Assembly: GCA_951406725.2 (NCBI GenBank) | Contig: OX597826.1 | Coordinates: forward strand, 49,662,001 to 49,726,000 | Direction: 5' to 3' | Source of the DNA: Octopus vulgaris | Taxonomy: Eukaryota | Length of the DNA: 64,000 nucleotides | In this document: positions 11,141 through 25,414 of the stretch, piece by piece | Position numbering within the stretch: the first letter of the stretch is position 1 | How the letters are laid out: each line of letters starts with the position of its first letter | Position numbers and translations under genes: made by a program | Notes under the pieces: model-generated | Databases searched by the model: none | The model's input: only the letters and a program-made list of their open reading frames with translations | Told to the model about the DNA's origin: nothing

Positions 11141-12209
11141 CATTATTATTATTACTATTATTATTGAGTGAGAGAGCAGTGCATGCCATCAAAGTGACAC
11201 TGGTAAATCTTTCTGTATCAGCAGCATACCGTATTATTATTATTATTATAGTTGCGTCTGAGATACTGCTTGAGTTCATATAGTCACTCACGACCATTCT
11301 GCTGTTGTGCTTATTATTTTGCCCATTCTCGTCCATCGCGATCTCTTTACTGTCGTCCAGGCATCACCACAAAGTTTTTTCTACTTCTCTTATTTTTACC
11401 CCTTATTTATACCATTATTTTGAATTTGTCCTTTTGGGTTGAAATCGAACTTTTTTGTTTCCTCCAAATAATCGCTGTTTCCATTACCATTAGTTTTTTT
11501 GCGTCTTAATGAGGATCTCTTTTCTTTCAAAGGTTCTCTGATTTCAAGTACGTCTTATTCAGTTATGTTTTATTTCTTTGGTATTTAGCACTTCTTTTTG
11601 TTCAATTGTGTCTTTCGTTTTTGATCTTATTAAGGACTGAGAAATATTTTATTCAACTTTCTTCCTTTTTTTTTTATATCATTCACGATGATTACTTGGG
11701 TTTTGAGGCTCCTTTGCGAGTAGATCTAAAGGAGAATTCACTTTCTTTTATAACAACCACAACTATAGTATTATGTTATTTTGTTTAACCTGGTACAATT
11801 GATGTTCATGTTTGCTCTTATTAATTTTACATTTTTATTGTTGTTGCTACTCCATCGTTAATTATTATCAATAGGAAGGTCTTCTACTAGTCCATAGGGA
11901 GATTTGTAATTATAATTTTTTTTAATTATCCTCACCTTCATATAATTGTCATATTCAGAATTTTTACTTTTAAAATTTTCTGTTCTAAAGCCACGCAGAT
12001 TTACCCTTCACCAGAAACAAATAAGCTGATTTCCACTGAAAACCTCAACAACTTAGATAACATTTACTTTTAGCATTCCGTAGATGTTTTATGACTTAAT
12101 TTTATTGGGATTATTTATTGTGCACGGGATAGAACTCTCTCCGCGGTTTACGTCTTTAATATACAATTCTTTTATTGTCGTTATTTAATTTGTTTTTAGT
12201 TCTTTGTTT

Positions 12210-12381
12210 ATAGGCGTAGGAGTGCCTGTGTGGTAAGTAGCTTGCTTACGAACCACATGGTTCCGGGTTCAGTCCCACTGCGTGGCACCTTGGGCAAGTG
12301 TCTTCTACTATAGCCTCGGGCCGACCAAAGCCTTGTGAGTGGATTTGGTAGACGGAAATTGAAAGAAGCCCATCGTATATA

Positions 12382-12419
<38 letters not shown>

Positions 12420-12625
12420 TGTGTCTGTGATTGTCTCCCCAACATCGCTTGAAAACTGACGCTGGTGTGTTTACGTCCCCGTAACTGAGTGATTCGGCAA
12501 AAGAGACCGATAGAATAAGTACTAGGCTTACAAAGAATAAGTCCTGGGGTCGATTTGCTCGACGAAAGGCGGTGCTCCAGCATGGCCAGTCACATGACTG
12601 AAGCAAGTAAAAGAGTAAAAGAATA
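12210..12625 (+). mobile_element. Full-length SINE family B (tRNA head, CORE-like CACCTTGGGCAAGT, internal microsatellite, (GTAAAAGA)n tail)
   Basis: A/B-box head, internal (TA)(TG)n and GGTGCTCCAGCATGGCC 3' half. Many near-identical copies in the window. Confidence 0.93.
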
Positions 12626-12997
12626 TTCTTCCTTTTAAATGTCCTATTTCTTATATCTGATACCATTTTGCTTCTGGAATTATATTCTAAAACTTAACTA
12701 CACCTTAGGGGCGCCAAAGTTACTTTTAGATCAGGAATATATTCTTTCAAAATTTTACGCGTGGATTTGAATAAAGTTTGATTTTAAAGTTGGTGTAGAT
12801 GTAAATTACGCACCTAGTATAGAAACGTATCCCTATCGCATCTATCTATGCATTTGTTGTTGTTGTTGTTGTTGTTATATTTGTGACACTTGGTGAATTT
12901 CGATGGGTTTTTTTTATTCAGAGTGTCGACATTTTCATCGAGTACCGATACGTTTATGTATTTGTGAAATATTTTGTGCATTGCAGAACCAGAACCA

Positions 12998-13059
<62 letters not shown>

Positions 13060-13184
13060 CTGCAAACGGTAGAGCACCGACCTGATATCTTTGTGAGGTC
13101 TAACCCAGTATCATATTTCTGTCCAGAATTCCTATCCACATAAACTTCAACAATAAAGTCTTATATGAACCCACAAGGAACATG

Positions 13185-13208
13185 TGGACCCCGGTTAAGA
13201 ACCACTGG
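13185..13208 (-). mobile_element. Orphan hAT-like terminal inverted repeat
   Basis: GGTTAAGAACCACTG is the reverse complement of CAGTGGTTCTTAACC, a typical hAT MITE end. Partner end not found. Confidence 0.4.
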
Positions 13209-14371
13209 TCCAACCAAATATACGTGCCTCCCAAAAAATGTGACCTTATGCTTAGAACCCATTATGATTAGTATCATCGTTATTTTTGTTGACAAACGGT
13301 TTATAAGAATGTTTTAGAGATGATAAAATATTTCAAAATAAAATTAGTCATTTTTTGTATTTTTTGCATTCCAATTGTTTTTAAAGATTGTCACGTTTTT
13401 TTTTAATATTTTTTAAAATCTCTATCTGGAATGAAACATGTTTTCTTCTTTCTCTACCCCCTTTCTCTCTCTCTCTCTCTCTTTCTATCTATCTATCTTA
13501 TATTCTAACTCATTTGATATATACATATATGTACTTTCATAGTTATTTCTCTCTTACCGTCTCTTCCTCTCTCTTTTTCTTTCTTTGTCTCTCTCAGACA
13601 CACATATACTCCCTTCCACACACACACACACAAACATATTCTAGTCAAGCTCACTTAGTTCCGGTTAGTAATGCTCTGTAAAGGGTATTTCTTCCGGTCA
13701 ATAAGCCTTACTTATTAATTTTACCGCAGTTGTGATATTTTTCCTTCTCCGCCAACATTCATCGCCACAATTACCATTCTGTTTCTTCCTTTCCTTCCTT
13801 ACCTCCCCTTCGTCTCTCTTTAATTTTCCACGCCCTCATTTTCTTTCTCTCTCTCTCCCTCTCTCCCTCACTATTTATCTATCTCTCTAGCTAGCTATCA
13901 ACCTTTCTATCTTTCAAATCAGTGATTTACTGATTAAGCTCAGGCCAAAACATCATGTTTATTCTTGAAATGTTTCAAGTGTAAACATCTTCACATCATC
14001 ATCGTCGTCGTCGTCATTATCATCATCATCATCATTATCGTTATTAGTATTACCACCATCACCATTGTCATCATCATCACCATTTTCTTCATCATCATCC
14101 TCATCATCACCGTCATCATCCTCATCATCATCATTACCCTCATCGTCGTCGCCATCATCATTATCATGGTTTTCGACATTTCCACCAATTGCCATCACGC
14201 TGCCACCGACACTCCTACCAACACCTCTTCCCCATTTTCTATTTCCTCCTCATAAGTACCCCTAAAGTTGTCCTCACTAAACAAATAAAGTGTAATACAC
14301 GTTAATCCCTACTTCGTATTGAGGAAGTTCATTCTACTCGTTTGATACTTTCTGCAACTTTAATATGGCTA

Positions 14372-14591
14372 CTCTTACTCTTTACTCTTTTACTTGTTTC
14401 AGTCATTTGACTGCGGCCATGCTGGAGCACCGCCTTTAGTCGAGCAAATAGACCCCGGGACTTATTCTTTGTAAGCCCAGTACTATTCTATCGGTCTCTT
14501 TTTGCCGAACCGCTAAGTGACGGGGACGTAAACACACCAGCATCGGTTGTCAAGCGATGGTGGGGGGACAAACACAGACACACAAACATAT

Positions 14592-14622
<31 letters not shown>

Positions 14623-14792
14623 CATATATACGACGGGCTTCTTTCAGTTTCCGTCAACCAAATCCACTCACGAGGCATTGGTCGGCCCGAGGCTATAGCA
14701 GAAGACACTTGCCCAAGATGCCACGCAGTGGGACTGAACCCGGAGCCATGTGGTTGGTAAGCAAGCTACTTACCACACAGCCACTCCTGCGC
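14372..14792 (-). mobile_element. Full-length SINE family B
   Basis: Reverse complement of the 12210-12625 consensus. Confidence 0.93.
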
Positions 14793-14829
14793 TACTGGAT
14801 AATAATTAATAAACAACTGAAAGAAATTA

Positions 14830-16380
14830 TTTCAAATTTTGGCACAAGGCCAGCAAGTTTGAGGAAAGTGTGTAAGTCGACTACATCGACCCCATTGTTT
14901 AACTGGTACTTATTTCATCGACCTCGAAATGATAAAAGGCAAAGTCGACCTAGGCGGAATTTGAACTCGGAACTTAAGGACGGACGAAATACAGCTAAGC
15001 ATTTAACCAGGCGTGCTAAAGATTCTGTCAGCTAGCCGCCTTGATAATAATGATTTTAAATTTTTGCACAAGGCCAGCAGATTTGGGGGTGGAGCTAAGT
15101 CGATTACATTTGATCCCAGTATTTCATTGGCAAGCCGGGCACAACGCTTAGCGGTATTTCGTCCGTCTTTACGTTCCGAATTTCAAATTCCTCCGAGGTC
15201 GACTTTGCTTTTCGTCCCTTCGAGGCCAATATAATAAGTACCACCCAAATAAGGGAGTCGATGTAATCGACTAGCAGCAAAACCACTATCACCACCACCA
15301 TCATCCTCAGAAACTGCTGGCCTTGTGCCAAATTTTGAAACCATTATTGCTTAAGCTTTGAGTAAGGTGGCGTGCTGGCAGAATTGTTACCGAGCATTGG
15401 ACAAAATGTTTAGCGACATTTCGTCCGTTTTTACGCTCTGAGTTCAAATTTCGCCACGGTCAACTTTACCTTTCATCCTTCCGGTATTCGATAAAATAAG
15501 TACCAGTCAGCTACTGAGGCTAATGTATTCGGCTAACCCCCGCCCATCCAAGAATGTCAGGTCTTTTGAACCAAGTAGAAAGAATTATTAAGGCGGTGAG
15601 CTGGCAGCATCATTAGAACGCTTTTTTTTCTCTAGTTTCAGCTCAGAGCAGCGGCCATGCTGATGCACTGCCGTTAAAAATGTAAACACAGGAAAAATAC
15701 CTATTTCTTTACTACCCACAAGGGGCTAAACACAGAAAGGACAAACAAGGACAGACTAACGGATTAAGTCGATTATATCGACCCCAGTGCGTAACTGGTA
15801 CTTATGGATGAAAGGCAAAGTCGACCTCGGCGGAATTTGAATTCAGAACGTAGTGGCAGACGAAATACTGCTAAGCATTTCGCCCGGCATGCCAACGATT
15901 CTGCCAGCTCGTCGTCTTGGACGTTGCACAAAATACGTAGCGGTTTATCTTACAGCTTTCTGTGTTCTGAGTTCAAATGCTTTTTATCCCTTCGAGTTCG
16001 ATAAAAAAAGGTACCAGTTGAGTACTGGAGTCGATGTAATCGACTTACTCATTCTCCCTCCAAATTGCTGATTTTGTGCCAAAATTAGGAAGGCAAAATA
16101 GACTCCGGCGGAATTTGAACTCGGAACGTAAAGACGCTAAGCATTTTGCGCTGCGAGCTAACGATTCTGTGGCGGCGAGTTGAAAAGAATTGTCAGTAGG
16201 TCAAGCGGAACGTTTAAGGTTATTTCGTCCGTCTTTACGTTCTGAGTTTAAATTCCGTCGGGATCGACTTTGCCTTTCATCCTTTCGGGGTCGATAAAAT
16301 AAGTACCAGTTGAGCACTGGGGTCGATGTAATCAACTTACTCAAAATTTCTGGCCTTATGCCAAAATTTGAAACCATTAT
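14830..16380. mobile_element. Cluster of about 8 whole or partial SINE family A copies in mixed orientation
   Basis: Repeated GAGTTCAAATT/AATTTGAACTC, GTCGACTTTGCC and TAAGTACCAG motifs on both strands. Confidence 0.9.
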
Positions 16381-16839
16381 TATTATTATTATTATTCCTA
16401 TTATTGTTATCAACTTAGTATATTCTAAAATTCCTCTCCACAGAGAATTGGAAGAATATTGTGCGTCTCTGATTGAAAAGACCATTCTCTACACACACTT
16501 TTCTCTCTCCCACCCCTTCTTTCTCTCTCACTCTCTCCATTTCTAACACCTCCTCCTTTCACTTAGCCTTTCCCCACCCACTTCTTATCTCTTTATCTCT
16601 CTATCTTTGCGGATCTATCTGAAATGATAAAGAATTGTGCTCTAAACAAACCATTCTGTTTATCAATGCCGTTAAACTCAAAGAATGAGGATTTTGTTTA
16701 ATTCAGTCAAGCGTGACTCGCTTTGCACTAGAAACATATCCACAGAGTCACATTTGGTAAAAGTATGAAAAGATCATTATTACGATTATCATTACTATAA
16801 CCATTATTATTATTGTTGTTCTTGTTCTTGTTGCTATTA

Positions 16840-16913
<74 letters not shown>

Positions 16914-17690
16914 GTTTCGTTGTTGTTCTTTGTTGTATAAATTTATATTCTATTTTATGTCTTTGTCTTTTATCAGACTGTTTGCTCATTATCGGGTGAG
17001 GAAGAATTATGGCTTCAAAATGACCTTATTGAGGTTTGGAGGTTGGGGGTTGGGGGTTGGGGTTGGAGGTGGGGGGGGGTTAGGGTTAGGGACTGAAGTG
17101 TGTATGGTTGTGGTGGTGGTGGTGTTGGTGGTGTTGGTGGTGGTGGTTTTGAAGTTTAGGTGTGACAATGAGTGTTGTTACAGCAATGATAATAAGGAAA
17201 CGACCGGTGCTGAGGACAACAATTAACTGCCGAAAATAAATGGCATCAAAGATAAAAGGTAAAAGTTTATGGAAGCACACAGAATACCGTAATGGTAATG
17301 AAACAGCTACGTAAATACATATACTTCGTGCATACACACACACACACATATATATACACACATATGTGCGTATACAAAAGCATATACACATACACACACA
17401 TACTTACAAACAAACGATCTTCGCTCTATCTTTCGCTATCTCTCGGTTTGTCTCTGTTTTTACATATGTCTGTGTGTGTATACACATACACACACAGATA
17501 TATTATAATGTATATGCAATGTATATGGTAAATATAATTTATATATATATATATGAAGTTGCGTGTGTGTATCATAATATATATATATAAATGATACATA
17601 CGTATAATTATAGTTATGTTCATATATATGAGTGGTACATGACCACACTTCTGTAAATAAATATGAACATACCAATAGATTGCTATGCAT

Positions 17691-17767
<77 letters not shown>

Positions 17768-17837
17768 GGTGTAGATATACATACAGACAGATTGATAAAT
17801 AGAGAGATGATAGATAAGTAGATAGATAGATAATTAA

Positions 17838-17894
<57 letters not shown>

Positions 17895-18714
17895 CAGATA
17901 GATTGAGGGTAAAACCTGACGCGCCCCACCATCGCCACCACTACTGCGGCGACTACTACTACTATTACTACAACTACTACTACTACTAATAATAATAATA
18001 CTAATGATAATAATACTAGAAAGAGACATCTGGCGAGACTAATGGATGATGGACAGGGCGTTAGATTGTCTGTGGGAGGAGGAGAAGGAGAAGAAGGAAG
18101 AGAATGAAGATTTTAGAAAATGGCGGCTGGCGAGTGGTGTGTTGGAGTAGGGGTGGGAGAGGACATAGATAAGCATTGTTTGTTTTATCATAAGAATAAG
18201 ATGAAGACGAGAGGGAGAGAGTGAGAGATGGCATATAGAATGTTCTCAGTTATACCTTATTATAAGAAGTTCTAACGCTCTACTGACCGAAATACACAAC
18301 CAAGTACACTTGCCGATAAGAACTCACTCCCCAAAGAAACTAGAGACAATGTCAGAACAGGGCTGGGTCGGTGGATGGAGTGGGGAGTATAGAAAGGAAG
18401 AAAGGAAGAAAAACTACCCTTCAAATAATTCACCAGTATTTATTTGTTTGTTTGTATGTTTTGTTGGGGAGTATGTTGTTGTTTTTTTATTTGATTGGAT
18501 TTTGTTAGCCTTCTTTGAGTGACGTTTTTGTTTCAGAGGTTTTTTTTAAAAAAAAAAAACCCTTAGATATGTTTTAGAATGAAGCAATAAAAACATAAAT
18601 AAAAGAAAAGGAAAGGAAACCCCTACCGAATCGAAGATACAGTTATCTAAATAAGGACCTCAAACTGTGACCCCTAACAACAGAAATAATAATAACAACA
18701 AAAACAACAGCAAC

Positions 18715-18770
<56 letters not shown>

Positions 18771-18777
18771 CAGCAGC

Positions 18778-18830
<53 letters not shown>

Positions 18831-19295
18831 CAGCAGTAGCAGCAGCAATAACAGTAACAATATTATCACCAGCCACGAACCACCACTACTTCTACGTACA
18901 CGACAGTTTCCTCTGTCACCTCCAACACTACCCCCACCATCATTACCAAACGATGACCTCGCTAAGGTCATTTGGCCGCCACAATCCAGCAGGAGAGTGT
19001 GCCACAAAGAGGTTGCTTGACACAATAGATATAGCAACCAAGTCTCAACTTAAGTTAAATCCTATAATTTATGGGGCGCACGTAGAATAGCAAGATTTCG
19101 AATCATTAACGTATCTGTTAATCTGTTTGGTAGACATTTGCACACATCAGTAAATAACGTGTTTCCTGTAAACAAAAGCTCCTGTTTTTGTGAGATTCAT
19201 CGGTCCGGCAGTGGGGATTGTTTCTGAGCTTCTGATGAGACATACAACGAGGTTGAAACACTGCGCTGTGCCCTAAATCCGTGTATCCATAAACC

Positions 19296-19480
19296 TATTT
19301 CTTTACTACCCACAAGGGTCTAAACATAGAGAGGACAAACAAGGACAGAGAAACGGATTAAGTCGATTATATCCGAAAGGATGAAACGCAAAGTCGACCT
19401 TGACGGAATTTGAACTCAGAACGTAACGGCAGACGAAATACCACTAAGCATTTCGTCTGGCGCGCTAACGTTTCTGCCAG
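19296..19480 (-). mobile_element. SINE family A copy (internally deleted)
   Basis: Consensus motifs, with a short CATAAACC direct repeat on both sides. Confidence 0.85.
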
Positions 19481-20009
19481 TGCATGCATAAACCATCGCT
19501 CAATGGGAGGAATCGTTCTCTGACGCCGAAAAACAACAGCGATCCTACCAAAACTTAAATAAAAACAACATCACTAAGCACTTACCCACATTAATAAGCA
19601 CAATAACAATAATAAACAGTAAGATATGAGTAAACGAAGGAGCCTCCGAGTAGTGACATGATATGCTAGAACTACCAGTCAAATCTCCCTCAAATCATGC
19701 ATTACTGTCTTACAAAAAAGGGAAGGATACATTGAAAATGCAGTCTTACGTACAACTATGCTCTCTACCTCACTCACAACACAAATTTGATGGTCGTGCT
19801 TGGACCGCCTTTGATCATAGATCTCTTTGGTCAATGTTGACCTTGGGCGACACAACTGACTATATACTGCAACACCAACAGCAACTACAGCCAGCTAGGA
19901 CCACTGCCACTACTACAGTAACCACAATAACAACAAAAGCTACAGTACCAGCTTTAACAACAGTAGCAGCAACAGCAACAACAAGATTGACAAAAACAAA
20001 TCAACCAGT

Positions 20010-20415
20010 TGCTCCTCCTCTTCTTCCTCTCCTTCCTCCTCCTCCTCCTCCTCCTCTCCTACTCTTCCTTCTCCTCCTTTTCCTCCTCCTCTTCCTCCTT
20101 CTCATCCCCTTCTTCCTCCTCTTCCTTCTCCTCCTCCTCTTCTTCTTCTTCCTCCTTCTCATCCCCTTCTTCCTCCTCTTCCTTCTCCTCCTCCTCTTCT
20201 TCTTCTTCCTCCTCCTCTCCTACTCTTCCTTCTCCTCCCCTTCCTCCTCCTCCTCATCCCCTTCTTCTTCCTCCTCTTCCTTCTCCTCCCCTTCTTCTTC
20301 TCTTCCTCCTCATCCCCTTCCTCCTCTTCTTCTTCCTCCTCCTCATCCCCTTCCGCCTCCTCCTCCTCCAACTCATCCTCCTCCTCCTCTCCTCCTCCTC
20401 CTCCTCCTCCTCCTC

Positions 20416-20470
<55 letters not shown>

Positions 20471-20475
20471 AGTAG
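20010..20475. repeat. (CCT/CTT)n polypyrimidine tract followed by (CTA)n
   Basis: Directly visible. Accounts for the repetitive half of ORF 19663-20475. Confidence 0.95.
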
Positions 20476-21043
20476 CAGCAATGACAACAGCAAAACAGTG
20501 AAATCTGAGGAGATAGTCTATTGATAAATGAAACCCCTTAAAAGAAACAAAAACAATTGTTACAAAGTCAGGAAGTCCCTTTATTTATAGGAAAGGGACT
20601 AAATGAGAATTTGTGGCATTTATGGCCCTCCTTTTAGAAGTATAGAGACAAACAACGAGGATGATGCTTGGCGGAGATGTGGAACCATTAATGGGGAGGG
20701 ACGACGGTGGTGGTGGTGGTGGTGGTGGTGGAGGAGATGACAATAATCATCATCATCATTATCCTCGTGGTGATTGTAGAATCGGTGGCGGCGATGGTGG
20801 CGGTGGTGGTGGTGAAGGTAGTGATGATGATCATGATCATGACGACAATTATTATGGTAATCATGGAGTAGTGGTAATAGTGGTGGAGGTGGTGGTATTG
20901 GTGGTAGCGGTGGCGATTATAATGGTGGTGGTGATGGCATTAATTATGATAATGATGATGATCATCATCATGATGACTGTGGTGGTGGGGATGTGGCGGT
21001 GGTGGTTTTGGTGGGGATACTGATCATGATGATAATAATGGTG

Positions 21044-21453
21044 GGTACTTTTTGGTTATCTCACCCCCATTAAAAATTTGGCTTATCTCCCCAAACTAAA
21101 AAAAATTGCTTAACCCCCAATAAAACAAGAAAAACTGAAAAAATTAATGAACATGATAACTGAAAAAATTAATGAACATGATAACTGAAAAAATTAAATG
21201 AATCTAATAACATTTTTATAACAAATCATACCATGCCTATTCAGGGGGTCAAACGTCAACAATGTGTTGAAGTATTGAATCAAAAGGGTCTAACGCTTTT
21301 AATCCAGTCTCTTGGCGCCACATAAAATCAACTTTTTAGTGAGGAGATAACCCAATTTTTAATGGCATTTTTTAATGGCGATTTTAATAGCAATTTTAGT
21401 GTCAATTTTCAATGGCAATTTTTTTAATGGGGGTCAGTTAACCCAAAAGTACC
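21044..21453. mobile_element. Non-autonomous DNA transposon (Merlin-like MITE)
   Basis: ~33-bp TIRs GGTACTTTT(T/G)GGTTA(TCTC/ACTG)ACCCCCATTAAAAA. 8-bp TSD TAATGGTG/TAATGATG (21036-21043, 21454-21461). GGNRM termini. Internal 25-bp tandem repeat. Confidence 0.8.
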
Positions 21454-21589
21454 TAATGATGGATTTAAATAGTTAAGTCTTAACGATAGCATTTATCAGT
21501 GCTGGAAGGGAACCATCGACGCGATCGACGAGTGGTCCAATAACTTAGCGAATTGGTTAACAGACCTTTTTTTTTTTTTGTTTATTTTT

Positions 21590-21813
21590 TTATTCGACTG
21601 CGGCCATGCTGGGGCACCGGCTTGAAGAATTTTTAGTTGAATGGATCGATCACTGTACTTATATTTTTTTTAAAGACTTGGTACCTATTCTATCGGTGTC
21701 CTTTTGCCGAACCGCTAGTTTATGGGGATAGAAGCACATCAAAACCAGATGCAAGGCAGTGGTGCTAGACAAACAGATAGAAAGACAGACTCACTCACGC
21801 ACTCACACACACG

Positions 21814-21905
<92 letters not shown>

Positions 21906-22352
21906 TATAAGGATATTACTGTTAATAATTTACAGTAATATCACTAGCTAGCATGCGTAAAAGAAGCATAAAGGCAAAATTATCAATTAATAATGAAGGG
22001 TACTATTTGTAGGACACAAAACAGTAGTTTTCACTTGTACACAAGAGTGAAATCAACGGGCCACAAACGTAGTTTTAAGTCGTTTTGACTGCTATCTTTA
22101 GCACGCTGATAATACTTCTGTTTGCTGTTTACACACCCATCTTCGTCTTTTGTTTTGTTTTGTCTTTGTTTTTGTAAATTCTCACTACACACACACACAC
22201 ACACACAAACACACATACGTATATGACGGGCTTCCTTCTGTTTCTGTCTACCAAATCCACTCACAAAGCTTTGGTCGACCCAAGGCTACAGTAGAAGAGG
22301 TGCCATGCAGTGGGACTGAACCCGGAACTATGCGGTTGGGAAAGCAAGCTTC
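21590..22352 (-). mobile_element. SINE family B copy split by a Penelope-like fragment (21905-22185) in its internal microsatellite
   Basis: 3' half 21590-21790 and 5' half 22220-22352. The insert end (catcttcgtcttttg..gtaaattctc) is the reverse complement of the module starts at 29095, 46595 and 50930. Confidence 0.75.
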
Positions 22353-22404
22353 TGGTTCAAGGACATTAACAACTAATTAAGATTAAGAGATGGTTTGCAA
22401 ATAT

Positions 22405-23020
<616 letters not shown>

Positions 23021-23203
23021 TAACAAGCAGTTAAGGGACATTAGTAATTGGTTAACCGATAGCTAAAACATAGCCGTCACTCGCAAGTGTGTGTAACCAA
23101 ATAAGTATGTACCAAGCTATCGCTAATCTTTTTATGTGCCTACTATGTTATAGTCGTGTGTTGAGGTAGATACCCTCTTTGCCCTTTCAACCTTGTAGTA
23201 GGT

Positions 23204-23269
<66 letters not shown>

Positions 23270-23675
23270 ATGTTGGTGGCGTCGCCGGCGGAGTTATGAT
23301 GACAGGAATACAGAAAATCTTAATAACGTATCAACAAGTATCACGAAGAACAAAAAACGAGGAACAGCAACAGCAACAACAACAACAAATACAACGAATT
23401 AAACTGTAACATCGACAAGAAAAACTATCAGAGAAAATAAAAAGAGGAGGAGGAGAAGGAGGAAAAGAATTTGAAGAAGAATTAGACGATGGAACTGACG
23501 ATGATGATGATGATGATGATGACGACGACGACGATGATGATGACGATGATGATGATGATGAAGAAGAAGAAGGAAGAAGGAAGAAGAAGAAGAAGAAGAA
23601 GAAGAAGAAGAAAGAAGAAGAAGAAGAAGAAGAAGAAGAAGAAGAAGAAGAAGAAGAAGAATTAAAGGATGGTAT

Positions 23676-23729
<54 letters not shown>

Positions 23730-24488
23730 CGACGATGATGATGAAAACGGAGTACGAAGAGAAGAGAAGAGAGTGAGGAATCGCTCTTACTGCAAGTTTA
23801 CAATAGTCATCACTCAATGAAGATTTCGTATAATTTCATTACCTAGTTTATTGGCTTCCTTCCTTCCTTCTTTCTTTCTTTCCTTCCTTCCTTCCTTCCT
23901 TTCTCTCTTTCTTTCTTTATTTCGTTCTTTCTTTATTTTGTTTCATTTTCTTTCTGTCATTCTTTCTTTCTTCACTTCTTCGTATCACACGTTTTTTTTT
24001 CTTCTTGTTTCTTCATCTTGTGTTTTCTTACTACATTACCCACCAACTCTCACCTCCGCCTCTTTCCCTCTCTGTCTCTCCCTCTCTCTATCTCTCCCCC
24101 TCTCTGTCTCTCTTCATATATGTCTCTGTCACTTTCTCCTGGTTTCCTTCTTTCATTCTCTCATTCCTCTCCTTTCGCCATCTTCAGAAATCTCTGACGA
24201 TCTTCCATTCTCCTCAGACATTGTTTCCAATTCTTATCTCTCTTCACTCCAACATTCCATTTTAACTTTTTATTTTTACCTTTTTAACTTTAATTTTATC
24301 TATTATATGTATGTTTGTAAACGAGAGTTTGTGTGTGTGTGCATGTGTGTGCGCGTGTGCGTGTGTGTGTGTGTTTGAGAGAGAGAGAGAAAGAGAGAAA
24401 GGGTGTGTATGTGTATATTTTCTTTTCAATTATCATCTGAAACAACAAAGAATATCCACAGTGAATTAGCATACAACAGAAACAGGGT

Positions 24489-24536
<48 letters not shown>

Positions 24537-24572
24537 CATAATAGCAACAACAACAACAACAACAACAATAGC

Positions 24573-24615
<43 letters not shown>

Positions 24616-24617
24616 GT

Positions 24618-25412
24618 AACGGAATACTGAAAAAAGAGATTGAGAGCACTCTACTAGCAGCGCAAGACCAAGCTTTGTCCACGAATTGGAGGGTCTACCT
24701 TAGGAATAAGCAAGTGACTCCCCTGTGCCGCATCTAAAATAGGGTGGACGAAACCATTGTCCATATCAAGAACGAATGCCCTAGACTTGCCCAAAACCAC
24801 AAGTTGTGGTGACACGGTATGGTCGCGAATGTGCTACATTGAAAACTGTCCGAAAAGTAGGGGCTAGAGAAAGGCAAGTCGTAGTATGAGCACAAACCGC
24901 AGAGACTTACAGATTCGAAGACAAGCAAAATCCTCTGGGATTTCCCAATCCAAACAGATCAGATGCTCGAGCATAACAGACCGGATCTAGGGATCTAGTG
25001 GTGGTCAACAAGGTGCACCATATGTACTATATAGTTGATGTTGCATGCCACTCTGATCCACGAATAATCAAGAAGGAAGGCGAAAAGATAGATAAATACA
25101 ACCCTCTTAAGTACGAAATAGCCTGGCTATGGAAAATGAAGAAGGTGGAGATAGTGCCAATTATTTTTGGGTCTTGGGAACGGTATCAGAAAGCAACAAG
25201 AGGAATATGAAGGAAATTGGAATAGAGTGCCCAGTAGAACTGCTACAAAAGCTTTACCTCTTTGGCAAGGCCAGAATAATCAGGTAAGTGTTAGATAGCC
25301 GAGAAGAATGAATAGCATAGTACCGTAGGTTGCAGGTTGCAAGCCAGCTACGCATGTAAGATTTCATGAGTGCCAACAAAACCTGTGATAAAGAGAAAAC
25401 AATAAAATAATG
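24618..25412 (+). mobile_element. R4/Dong-like LINE 3' end (CCHC knuckle plus REL endonuclease), pseudogenised
   Basis: LKKEIESTLLAAQDQAL..LCRI..ETIVHI..ILWDFPIQTD..HNRPDL..IVDVAC..KYNPLKYEI..IVPII. Begins directly after (AAT)n. Confidence 0.9.
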
Positions 25413-25414
25413 AT

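Noticed and set aside
12208-12666. Recurrent peptides such as RRASFSFRLPNPLTR and [14 protein letters not shown] that look like a gene family
   Set aside because: They are translations of SINE B and SINE A copies.
17038-17092. G-rich tract with (TTAGGG)2 as an interstitial telomere or G-quadruplex
   Set aside because: Only two telomeric units within general GGT low-complexity sequence.
19663-20475. 270-aa ORF
   Set aside because: More than half is CCT/CTT/CTA repeat; the unique part has no recognisable domain.
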